Below the pieces are notes generated by a model. That model saw only the letters and a list, made by a program, of their open reading frames with translations. It was not told the origin of the DNA and did no database searches. The translations under genes were made by a program, and so were the position numbers. Positions 30,716-44,200 of a stretch of 64,000 bases of DNA are shown one piece after another. Numbering within the stretch: the stretch's first letter is position 1; every line of letters begins with the position of its first letter. Location of the stretch: IMG/VR virus record IMGVR_UViG_3300045988_090087; one strand, given 5' to 3'. The stretch is from a virus.

Positions 30716-33700
30716 TAACAATTAACTCTAATTTTAACTTTACCAGATATTGTCATATTATATAGGCTAGTACCTCCAGAAACAATATCTTTAAACATCT
30801 ATTCTAATTTATTTATCTATTCTTGTAAATCAATATTTATTGGATAATATTCTTTATTTATTTTTAATCTCTAAATAAGTTCTCTCTAATTATCATATCC
30901 TTCAGATATCTAGGTAAAAGGATTTATAAATTTATGGTCTTTAGTGTTATAAAGCATAACTAAACCATTAGTAGGAGAATTTCTAGGATCTTTTATACGT
31001 ACTATTCTATTATCTCCAGCCTAAGAAAGAGATTCTACATATGGAGCAGAATAAATATCAAATCCTTCAAGGGTAACTCCTAAAGCATTTATAGACTCTT
31101 CTATAGGTAAATTTTTATTATCAATAGTTTGTTGTATGTTAGCTTTGTCAGCCTATCCTAAGTGTCTATACCATTGCATTAATGCACTTGGAGTATATTG
31201 AGGATTCCCGATATTATTTATATCCTCTATTAACTTACTCTAAAATAATGTAGTTAATCTATTATAGCCATATTTATTACCATTTACAAATAAATTATAA
31301 ATCATAAATATATCCTATAAATTAAATTTTCCTACTTTATAGTTTATAAGTTTATTATAATCTTCTTCATAAGATGCATACCTTAATGTAGATTCTCTAG
31401 ATTTATCGATATTAAGCATATCAATATCCAAAGATAGAGCGTATCTATCTCCTTCTTTTTTTAATTGTAATCCATTAATAAATCTATTTTCAGGAAAATT
31501 CTACATTTTTTCACCATCCCAATAAGAACCATTTTTTAAAGAAGGTACTAAATATTTATGAACCCAATATTTAAAAGTAGCAATATTATCTCTACTATTC
31601 ATAATAATTTCAGTATTAGACTATACTTCAATTGGATTCTAATCCTTTAATAATTCCTATCCCTAATGTAATGGAAATGAAAATGGTAAAGTTTCACTAT
31701 TATTTACAGCTAACTAAATATTAGTTAAATACTACTAAATATAAGCCTAATCAATATAACTCTAAATCTAGTTAAGTTTCTTAGAATCAATATATCCTCT
31801 ATCTTTACGTAATATTTCATAAAACTTTCTAACTAACTAACTTTTTGTAGACACTATATCAGTATTTACAGTAGCTGCTTTTTGTAATTCTAAATAAACT
31901 CTATACTAGTCAGAATGATTTATTACATCTAATACATTTATAGAGTCTTTTATTAAATTATAATATTCTGTAGCTAAAGTTCTATAATCAGTATTTCTAG
32001 TAGTACCATCTAATTCTTGTACCTATATAGGGGCATTTATCATATATTCATAAAAACTGAAATTTTTATAAATTCCAGCTTTTAAACTCTATGATACAAT
32101 ACTATATATATAACTATTAGAATAATTAGGATGTAATTCTTTTACTTTACTAAATAAAGCTTCTAAATCAGTAACTAGATCAGTACCTTGTTCATTTAAA
32201 AAACTTGGTAAAAGTTTTCCTGCATATTTAGTTTTTAAATCTTTTATTTCCTAGACACTTGGCAGTATTTCATCAAAACCTTTTATAAAATTATTGAAAC
32301 GATTTTCAAACGCTAACTACTCATTCTACTGAGTACGTATTCCCTAATTCATACTAAAAAGTAACTATGCAGCCGCTGTAGTTTCTCTGGCACCTCTATG
32401 TACAGCTTTAAATCCTTTTAATTTATTAAAGAATAGCCCATCATATCTTTGTCTAAGAAGAGACTCTAAAGGTTCCTAAAACTATTTTGGAGCATCCTTT
32501 AATCTTTTATAAGTTTTAACCTATGGATCTACAGGATTATTATCATTCTCTACATAAATACCATTTATAAAATGTAATGTAGTTCCATTATCTGAAGTAA
32601 TAGAAGTATCGTTTAATAATTTTATTAAAGTTTGACCTACAATAGTATCTCTTCCAGGGTCATATTTATTAATAGTAGTAGGGTCTAATACATACTAAAA
32701 CCAATCTTTTTGTTTATCAGGATTACTAGAAATTAACTAATCTAATACTTTCTAAACATCATTACTTTTAACCCCAATATCAGAGAACATATCAGATTTA
32801 CTTAATCTGTCTACAAGTCTAACTACAGGTGAAGTCATTAAATCTACAATCTAATCTAATGGAAATCCCATTATCATAAGATAACCATGTACTCCTGCTA
32901 AATTCATACCGGCATTTATCTTATTTAAAATAAGCTCTTTAGCATTATCAGTAGCTGCGTTAAGTAACTGAGATATTAAATCAGATGGATCTGTAGCATT
33001 ATTAATTAATGACTACATTAGAGGCATATATTTAGCCTCATCTTCACTAAGTGTAGTATCTATACTATCTAATAAAGTTTGTAGTTTATTAGAATATTCA
33101 TTATTTTTATAAGCATTTATAAAATCTTGCTCATATTCTGAATTATTACCCTAATATATTTCTTGAATAAGAGAATTTTTAATATTAGTTAATTCCTAAT
33201 TAGAACTAAGTAATAAAATAGATAATTTATTTAATCTATTATCATTATTAAAATTAATACCTCCAATAGTTTCTTTTATAACTGGGGTACCATCAATGTT
33301 CATAAATACTCCTTCGAAAGATTTAGCGAAAGTATATAAATCTTTATTATATTTCTCAGGATGTCTTACAATTTCATTATAATAATGTAATAAACTAAAA
33401 TAAACTTTTTCTGCATTAGCTGCTACAGAAATAACATTTTTACCAATTAAGTTCTCTTCCTATAATACCCATTTAGTAGCAGGATTCCACTAAGTGTAAG
33501 TACCACTATCGCTAGCTAACTATTTATCTTTTACTACTTGTTTCATACCTTCTACGTTAGTAGGGCTATATGAATCAAGTAAGTTTCTTTCATCATTTAC
33601 TATAGCCTAGGTAGTCCATGATACCGCATTCTAAAAAGCTAATATTTTATTATCACCAGATAACTAAGTACTCTCATGAGTATTAATATCACTAATTAAC

Positions 33701-34014
33701 TAATTTAATATTGGGCTAGAGTAATTCACTTCTATAGTACTATTAGGACTATAATCTATATTATCTAATACTTTATTTATAAGAGCATTTCTTAGAATAA
33801 CATTATTAGAATCATATGCTCTCTAAGCCTCTTCAGCATATCTTTCTATATTTATACCATTATTAGTTTTTATCCATTTAGAATTTCTAGGTACTGGCAA
33901 TGAACAAGAAGACTCTAAAGCTTCATTAGAAGAATAATCAAATAAATCACTCCATCCAATAAATTGTCCGTTATCATCAAAATTAAAGCCCATTACATAG
34001 GCTTTATCTATATC
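30715..34014 (-). CDS. Giant RNA polymerase-like protein, 3' exon (1100 codons incl. stop)
   Basis: Starts DIDKAYVMGFNFDDNGQ directly after the predicted 3' splice site; includes KINAGMNLAGVHGYLMIMGF; ends NMTISGKVKIRVNC*. Confidence 0.75.
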
Positions 34015-34373
34015 CGTTATACCTTATATCTTTCAATATAAGACCGACTATATCATCAATCACCTAAAAGATAATTGTCTTGCTCTTCGGAATTTATAAT
34101 TCCTACTCTCTTCCGAGATAGTCTGTGAACCTTCATCTTATAAGTTAAGTAAACTTATCTAAGATGCTTGGCTGCGGATTATCCAATTTTATTTTCTTTT
34201 ACTATATCTTTAATAGTTAATTAAAGCCCTTATATCTATTTCTAGTATAAGTTAGTGAAATAAACTCTAAGGATTTCCCCGTCAATTCACAAGATTTAAC
34301 GACTACAATATTTATTATGTAAAAATAATTCACATAAAAGGAGATTGTCACTAAAATAACGATATTTTAGTCA
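34015..34373 (-). mobile_element. Group I intron (359 nt, no ORF) within the RNAP catalytic motif
   Basis: 5' exon GCTGACTAT|, intron TGACTAAAAT...ATAACG|, 3' exon GATATAGATAAA. IGS GTAGTCG at 34300-34306 pairs with exon TGACTAT (7 bp incl. U.G at splice site); Q-like AATCCGCAGCCAAGC; P7 CAGACTA / ATAGTCGG. Confidence 0.9.
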
Positions 34374-37300
34374 ATAGTCAGCTCCCTAAAGCCATGCCTA
34401 AAAATGAGAAACGTAAATTCTATTATTATTAACCTAAGTAAATCCTATAGTTCTCATCTTCATAAAAGATTGTAAAGAAGCTGTAGGAATACGGTCAGCA
34501 ACAGTATCTAAGGTTTTTTCAAAAGAAGCCATTAAATACTTTTGTTTATTTTGATAGTATTCATTTCTAGCATCTTCTAATACATCTCCAACCAAATAGA
34601 ACTAATTATCAATAAACTATTTAAGATTAGGATCTTTAAAAGAATTAGATATTAGTTCAGATTCTGTTTGCTAACTTTTCTAAGAATCACTAATTTCTGC
34701 TCCTAAATAAAATTTCTAATGATATATATCATTAATAATATTAGAAATAGCTAAATCATTTATACCTAAAGCTCTTAATTTATTAATATCTACATAATAA
34801 TAATTATATCTTGAATTAGTACCTTGTCCTCCCTACTAAGTAACATTATATTCTTTTACTAGCTATATATCTCCTTCACTAGTACGTAGACCTACTTTAT
34901 ATAATAACTATTTATCTCTAGATACTTTATATAACCAAGTTAATTCACCTTCTTTTTTAGCTATTATATTGCCCGAAATATCTTCTTCTTTAAAAAATAC
35001 TCCTGCATCATTTTTAATAAGTGGTTCTGAAAAACTTAAATAAGTATGTTTATTATTACCCGTAATAAAAGCTACATCATAATTACCTTTAAAGACTTTA
35101 GGCTAAAAATAATCTGCCCTACCTATCTTAGTCTGTAATAACTTTTTAGCCTCAATTAAAGATAAATTATCTACTCCAAATATTTTACTGTAAATGTTTG
35201 GCATAACATTCTCGGCTGCCTATAGTTGTTTATTCTAAACTACATAAGTCTGACCATTAATAGTAACCTATCCATTATGTAAATCATTCAGAATTTTCTA
35301 ATATTCCTATTTACGCATATTAGAATTTTTTCTATTATTTCTAATACCATCAATTAAGAAAATATTAGTATGACCTACTTTATTAAAAGTACCATCAGGA
35401 TTAATAGTTCCATAATCAAATACAACACGTTCTGGAGCTAAATCTCTACCATGCATAACATCCTAATGTAAAGATACTATTTCTGAATTAGGATCTATTA
35501 AAGCTCCCTAGGATAATAAATACTCTTTTAAAGTTCCATTTATATTAGCATCAATGAAATCATAATAAGTATCAATATTATCTAAAGCTATATGAGTTCT
35601 ATAATTTACATAAGTTTTAGTTTTTTTATCTAAAACTTTATATACTATATCAACTACATCAGAAGGTACAAATTCCTCAAAATTAATATTACCTTTAGCT
35701 TCTTCTAACTGCTACTAGTATAGTAAATAACAATCAATTATCTACTATTTTCTAATCTAATAATCTGAAGATAGAGGTAGAACTTGTAAATTATCATTAT
35801 CAATAATTTGAGATTTTCTGGTTTCCTAGTCATTAGATAATGACACTATTTTATTTTTACCATTAATGACAGGACGATAATCTAAAGGATTAAATGTTCC
35901 ATCAGTCATGGCTGCTATAGCATCATTATATACATCAGAACTCATGTGAGTTTCTCCACCATATTTAAATGTTTGCACATATTTAAATCCTGGAGTTAAT
36001 ACTAAAGCCAATCCTTTATATTTACCTTTAATTCCTTTATTATTAATTACTGTAGCTATAGATGGTAATAAACTACCATATAAAGTAGCGTCACTAAATG
36101 GAATTGCTAAATCCTTTTTTAGTTCATCACTATTAGACTTTAATACTTTAGAAATTCCTTGTAAGATTATATCCCCTAATTCGGCATCACTCTACTATGA
36201 ATAGCTAGCTGCTACTAACTAACCAATGTTTTCTGTTATTTCTTGGACTTCCTAAGTAGTTAATTTTTTACCTTCATTATAAGCTTCCAGGAATTTATTA
36301 GCAGTATCTAATTCTAATTTACAAGTTTCCATAGCTAATTGCCCTAATTCATAATAGACTCTTTTTGATAGATGATGTAAATTACCGCCTTGTTCAAGAG
36401 CAGTAATAGCCTATGTAGGCTAAGTAATTTCTCCTGCATCTTTATCATGGTCAGCATCCAACTATACTCCATAATGAGTCATAGTCATAGGAACATAAGC
36501 TAATGGCTCACTATTAAACCATAAGGCTTTTGAATTTACATTTCCCTAAGCTCTTTTAGAAGCAGATTTATTAGCTAGGTAATGTATCATTTTATTTTTA
36601 TAAGGCTGAATTATTTCATTATTTTCTACATAAGAAGCATTATTTAAAATCTATGCAGAAGCTATATTAGAACTCTCTGAATCTATTAAAGTATTAGTAT
36701 CAATAGCTAATTCTTTACTATAAATTCCGCCTAAAGCTCTATGCAATTCATATACTGAATTTATAGTTTCTATATTTTCATCTTTTTTGGCAAGTCTATT
36801 ATTATATTCTTCAGGGGTTATTTTTTCCTAAGTAGTGGCATCAAATATTTGATATTCCGTATGAAGAATGTCGTTTATTATATTACCATTTATATCCACA
36901 TCATATTCTAATGTATAATATAAATTATTTTTAGTATCATAATTTAAAGAATCAATCTTCCTATATTGTCTAGGTCCAGACTCATAATATAAGTTTTCAA
37001 ACTCATACCCTATATCATTTACTAAATTTAGTTTAATATCATTACCAAATTTTATTGAAGACATCTTCTTAAATATATTGGTAAGTTTTATTTCAGAATT
37101 AGAAGACATTCTCATTCTTTCATTAGTAATAGCATATGTGGCATGTTTCCATAATACTACAGAACCTGTTCTATTATCATAAGCATGTCCAATAGTTTTC
37201 TTATCCATACCTATAGTCTATCCTCCTAAAGACCAAGATTCAAATACAGCTTGTATAGGATTAATAAAGGTAGAACCATCCATAGCATCAATATCTCTAT

Positions 37301-40300
37301 CTTTCTACCCTTTAAAGTTCCAAACATGTGCTCCAATATCTTCTATAGTAGCAGCATTTATGTTCCTGCTAATACCTTGCTAAGTTCCTAACATAAATGG
37401 AATCATAGTAGCAGATACTATATTAGCACGTTTATTACTAGTATTCCATAAATTAGCTTCCTATGCATGAAATAATGTTGGAACATTTTCAGATAAAAAT
37501 TCCATATTTTGAATAGCACTATTTTTAAAATCTATAGACATAGCTTTAGATTTTATATCCTATAAACGTCGTCTTTCCTAATTGTCTTCAGAAAAATTTA
37601 TTCTTTGAGTAATATCACTAATGAAAGCTCCCTTAGCAGAATTATAATCATTATATTTTAATGGGTCAGATAATTCAGTTCCTAACATAGTATATCTCAT
37701 ATTTCCTGATAATAAATTATCAACGCTAAAGAAATACTCTAACATAGGATTTAAGATTATTTTACTAGCATTTCTTGGGAGCTAAGAATCAAATAATAAG
37801 TCTGTACTTTTACCATTTTCATCAATAGCTTTACCAAGAACCATATAATCTCCTCTTGTCCACTATCCTAAATTCCATTCTTTAGTATTACCTTCACTAT
37901 CAGTATACTATCTCCAAGATTTCAAATTATCATTTTTAAAAAAATTATTTGCTAATTCTAAAGCTGGTAAAGATTTAATTATAGGAGGATAATCTCCATC
38001 AGGATCTATATTAATAGTTTGAGTAAGTCTTACTTTAAATCCTTTTTTAAGTAAAGTATCAAGAAAACTTGCCTTCTCCATCTACCATCTATTAATAAAA
38101 TTATTAGGTTTGAACTACTAACTTCCTAAATATACAGCTAAAGGATTTAAAGTAACTTTGTCTTTATTTTTTATATAATTTACATTAGAATATAAATCTA
38201 CTCCAGCCTACTGTGCCATTTTGATTAAATCAGTTTCTTTTAAACCTTTTTCAGCCTAGGCTAATACCTAAGCAACAGTAATATCCTATCCTAAATCATT
38301 CTAATATAATATAGTCTCTGGATCCGTTTTTAATAAAGTAGAAGTAGTAAAGGTACGACCATCTACCTAAATAGTAGGATTTGAAGGTACAGAAGTAGCC
38401 CATTTATCAAATATTTTACTAGCTTCTAAGAGCTAATCTTCTGACATATCATAACCTATATGATACAAGCCATCAGTTCCCCAACCTTTAACAGTATTAT
38501 CTCCGGTAGTTAAAGGAAATGAAGGGAATCGCTATCTATTAATAGCATTAGTTAAATCATATAAAGTATTATTTAAAGAACGTTTATAAAACTATCCAAT
38601 AGATGCTATATAAGATTCTTGAATATCCTGTTTAGTAGCCTTATTTAACTAGAAAGGAGTTTCTGTATTAACTATATTTACTCCAGCTTTTATAGGATAT
38701 ATAAAATCAGAAGTTTTATCAGAATAATCAGCTGGCTTTATAGATATATAAGGATCTGATTCATCAAACAAATGAGAATAAAAATTATCTATAATACCGT
38801 GATATAAGAGTTCTGCTGAACTCATATTTTTTAATTGCTTAGATTTACCATATGCATCTACAGCTTCCAAATCTAGTCTTGGTTCCATAACTAAATTTGT
38901 TCCACCAATTAAATTATTTACAAATAATAACTATGAAGAGGCACTAGTTCTTGTTTCCTATCCTTTATATCTACTTTCAGAATTTACCTATTCTCTTAAT
39001 AATTCTTGAATATTATTACCAATAGAATATTGTCTATAATTAGGTATTTTAGATCCTGAAGCATTAGACGTTACTGCCGATACATTAGTTCCTTCAACAA
39101 TTTTTTTAGATTGTCCAAAAGAGAATAACCAATTATCAAGATAAGCATTAGCAACTCTAAATACTGTACCAATTTCTCCAGGTCTAGCAATAGAACCTCT
39201 AGTAGCTTTTAAATTTATATTATTATATGTATCAGGTAATAATGTATTAATATTAGGATCATAAAAATTAGATATAGATAATTGAGAAGCTGCTGCCTAT
39301 GGATATCTCTTTACAAAATCATTATAATATCCTACTAAATGTTTTACTATTTCATTACGTACAGCTGTTACTAACATACCAGTAAACCCATTATAAGTAC
39401 CAGAACCAAAAAGTTTCTACATTTGGGTATACTATTTTAATAACTAAGCTTTAGATACAGTTTTTAAACCAAGAGAATCTTCTATAAAATCAAACATTTC
39501 TGTAAATCTACTATCAATACTTCCATTAATAATAGCTTTTTCATTAAAATCTCCTCCTATATATTGACTAGTAACATCTTCTCTCTAATTACCATTCAAT
39601 TTAAATATATATATATCTAAATTACTAGAATTAGTTGATAAGATGCCCTAAAGATTAGTTTTTTTAGTATTAGGTCCTACAACTATTAATAAACTACCAT
39701 GTTTAATCTAATAAGTATTAGGTACAATTACTCCAGCGGGATTTGTATAATCTATTTTACCAGAAGTATCACAAACAACCATAGAGTCATTCATAGTTGT
39801 AACAGTTTCATTCTAGTTATTAATAACTTCTGTAGTATTTAAAGTTTCTCTATTATAATTAAATTTATCTTTAACAGTTACCCTAGAGCTAACTCTATTA
39901 CCTTCATTTACAATATAAACTTGTTGATAATTCATAGGGTCTAATGATACTAAAGAAGTTACAACACAATCTAGTATTGTGGCTTTATGTGTAACCCTTC
40001 CCAGTTGTTTTTCAAATAATCCATCTTTAGAAAATCCCCACTATTTTATAGAATGTAATATATCCTACTCTCTCTATTCAAGTTTACCTATTAAATCTTC
40101 AATATGAGGCTCTTTAAATATATCATATAATAATTTATTTGAATTATCTCTAAATGTTTGGGCACGCTGTTTTAATGCAGTTAAATACGAATTATTAGTA
40201 TTAGCTAATTCTTGTCTTAGATGAGTAAAAGCCTCAATAGCTGATATATCGTCTATAAATTGAGACTCATCTTCATTATTAGAATTAATATATGGAATAA

Positions 40301-41282
40301 TTTTAAACAAAGATTTAGACATCTAAGAAATATTAGTAAGTCCATTTATTAATTCATTATCTGACCAACTTTTACGTAAAGAAGATTCTCCCTTTAAAGT
40401 ATAAGGCATATTTCTTTTAGTAAAACTATGATTAGCATTACCCACAACCTTTAAATCTTTACCTATAATTTCTTTGATATCATCATCAAAATTTATAAGA
40501 TTAAAGTAAGCAGCTATAGCATTTCTATATTCTTCATCTGAACTTAAAGAACTTTTAAAATCTTTAGTATAAATTTTATGTTTAAAAGCTTCTAAGGTAT
40601 CTTCTACTTTAGAGTTATATCTCCAAGTATTTTTGTTATTAGCTTCAGTATACATATCTAATTTTTCTATTCCTCCAGTTAAATATGAACTAATAGTACG
40701 CATCCACTAATTTTTTAACTTAACGATGTTACTATTAATAGCCCATTCATTAGAGTTTAATTCATATCCATTTGGAGCTATAAATACAGATTTAATAATA
40801 TTTCTAGTTAAATCAAATTTTCTTAATTTGTCATAACCTTTATTATTTTCATAGGCTATATTTAAAAGTTCTTTATTAGTAGCTACTAGTTCTTTCTACT
40901 AAGCTTTAATAGTAGCTAATATCTATTGTGTAGATGTATCTATACTCTATTCCTAAGATATAGATTCATCCTATGATGTAGCAGGTAATTCAAATATTTT
41001 CAATAATTTATTTAAATCATCTCCTTTAATATTTTCAAATTTATTAGCAAGTAAATTTATCTATTGCTGTACCGCTTTTAAATGGATTTTATCTTCCTAA
41101 GTAAGTGCCTTACCCTCTTCGGGTAAGTACACTACATTAGATATAATTTGCATTAACCTAGCATCATTATTTTTTAAATTTTTCCATTGTCTAGAGTCTA
41201 AATTAATTAAAAATTTTATTAGGGATTGTTTTGACTCAATATTGTCAATACCTGTTATTTTTATAAGTTCTCTACAAGCCAT
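34374..41282 (-). CDS. Giant RNA polymerase-like protein, 5' exon (2303 codons, TAG=Gln)
   Basis: Starts MACRELIKITGIDNIESKQ; PMTMTHYGVQLDADHDKDAGEITQPTQAITALEQGG; ends DRIPTASLQSFMKMRTIGFTQVNNNRIYVSHFQAWLQGADY. Joined with the 3' exon gives GADYDIDKAYVMG, a DxDxD catalytic motif; total ~3402 aa. Confidence 0.78.
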
Positions 41283-41285
41283 TTA

Positions 41286-44200
41286 TTATACTAAATTAAT
41301 AGAACAATTTTTATAATCTATAATATTATCTATATATTTTCCTTCTAGCTATAAACCATCAGTATATGTAGCACCTAATATTTCTTCAATTTTACTTTTC
41401 ATATCTTCTATAGAAGATAAATTCATAAAACTATCTCTAGATAATTGGAACTCGTCATTCATACCAACTTCATCATAAGCCGTTGTATCTAATAACTCAT
41501 CATATATTTTACTCAACACTTCTTTATCCTTAATAGCTTCTTCTATAAGCTTTTTCTTTTTACTAGAATCATCGAAATTTAATTTATATTCTTCTACTAT
41601 ACCATCATTATTTACAATATAATAATTTTTTGGATTATGTTTATCTTTAAAAATATTTTTAGTTTCTCCAGATTTAAAATCAAAACCCTATATAATATCT
41701 TCAGGATTATAACGAATATATTTTAAATTATCGTCTTCTAAATATATTAATGGAGGCGTCTAAGAATAACTACCAAGTGAAGTATTATCTTCTGCAGATA
41801 CTTTTAAGTTATGAGCAGTCATAGCCTCCTAAACAGTAGAATAACTTCCAGTAATTACTCCAATATTTTTAATATTATTAATTTTTTTAGTATCTTCCGA
41901 AATTACAGTTTCTGTAGGCTATTCTTTAGTAATTGTATCAGTACGTTTTTCTAAAGATATATCAGCTAAAGGAATAGGAATAACATCTGACATATATAAA
42001 CTATTTATATTATTAGTTCCTGATGTATTTCTTACTTTTCTAAAATAAGCAGTTCCTCTATCTGCCAAGCTCTTTTTATATAATAATTCTGATCCCTATT
42101 CATAATCTACTCTAGGATATGTCCATATACCCCATCTAAATGGAGCAGTAGATTCTCTGAAAACTTTAGGATCTTGAACTTTAGTAGTACCATGAAATAT
42201 TAAATCTACAATATTAGTAAATTCTGTAGTGCTTCCTATATCTTGACCTGCTTTTATTAAATCCTACATTGGTAATACTTTTATCTGGGACTTACCCTCA
42301 GAGTCAGTATATTTATATTTATATTTATTGGAATCTCTATTCCAAAGTTTATTACCTTGAGGAGACATAGCCATTGATACAAATCTATAATTTTTAGTTA
42401 ATATCATTGGAACTATTTTAAATATACTCCAAGGTTTATACTAATTATTTTTAGCTTCTGCTAATTGCTATTGAGATTTAATTACATCTTGATCTAATTC
42501 TATTAATACTGTACGTTCGTTTCCATCAGTATTATAAGTAGGGAATGCAAACTAATATCTTCTATTATTTTCCTAATAATCTCTTAAGGAATGCATAAAT
42601 AATTTACGAATATCATTAGTCCTACCTTCTTTATCAAAAGTTATATAATTTAATTCATCAAACTCAGAAGTAGTGTCATCATCATTTAGAGTTTTTAAAT
42701 TAATAAAGTCTTTAAATGGAGCTAAAGCTCCTTCTACTACTTTAAGCATTTGTCTCATATATTCAGGAGTAGCATATATATAACTTTTTAATTTATTAGG
42801 ATCAGATTCTTTTAACTTTCTCTATTCTTTTATAAATTCTTGTTTAAAAGTTTCTACTACTGGAGCATCATCATTCCAATTATAAACACCATTGGTATAT
42901 TTAAAAAAGGCATCATTTCTATCTTTTTCATCCCATCCTATATAATAACGAAGATTTTTATTTTTTAGTCCTTCTGGATTTAATCTTCTAAACTAATTAT
43001 ATATATGTAAATCATCATTAGGATTAACCTATAAAGCACTAAGTACTCTTTTTAAATTAGCTCTAGTATTCCATAAATGTGCATACATTCTAAGTCCTAA
43101 CTAAGTCTAGTCCTATGGATATTTATTAGCACTCTCAGTATCAGTAGCTTTTAATGTGTACATATCCTACCATACCTAATTAGTTAAATCCTAGAAAGAT
43201 AATCCTCTGTGAGTAGGTACTATCATACGTACTTTCATTCTATCAAGATTATCCTATTTAGTATTTAATTTATTGCTGCAATACATTTGAACTAATTCCT
43301 CAGTACTCATATTAGGTAAACTAGATACTAAATATACTACTTGACCTTCCATTTTAGGATTTACTCCTTCTAGTTTATTAGCTCCTCCCATATATACAAT
43401 AGGTTCAGAAACTGATAAATATCCTCTATCTTTTAAGGCAGCTTTATTTATAGTATCAGCATCTCTTAAAGTTCCTTCAGTAGTACCCTTAAAAGTCTCT
43501 CCATTAATAGTACGTTCCCATCTCCACGTTTGCTATGGTCTAACTTTCTAAAATGGAATCTGAGAGTTAGTATGTTTTAATAAAGTTATTAAGTTTTTAG
43601 GAGCATTTATTTCTCTCTATCTTCCCTCATCATATATAGCTTTAAACTATTTTACATAATTATCATATGCTGGTAATAATTCTTTATGGTCTTCAACATA
43701 TTTAGAATAAGCTCCATTTATATCAGGGTTAGGTAAACTTCCTAATGTAATAGTATTAGTTACTGTATTACCATCAGGATCAATAGCCTACCACTTAGCT
43801 TCTACAACTGCTACTATCTATTCTCCATTATAATTAAAAGATACTTCATCATTATTTAAATCAGAAAATCCTACTAGAGTATCTGTATCTTTTTTCTTCC
43901 TTAAAGTTATATAATATTTTAAATTTTCAAAAGTTTCTGGAGATTTATTAAAATACTACTATAAGTTCTGATGATTAGCTAAGAAAGCTGCTCCATCCCA
44001 TCTTTCATTAGTATCAGTTCTTCTTACCTACATTAAAGCATATTTTAATGCAAGTAATTGTCTTACTAAACGGTCTTTTTCTTTACCATCTGATATAACT
44101 TGGCTAGCATTATTAAATCTTGCTATAACTCCTACATCAGATAATTCCTTAGATTCAATATCTGGAGAAAACCATTCCTTTTTAGAACTTCTTTTTAGTC

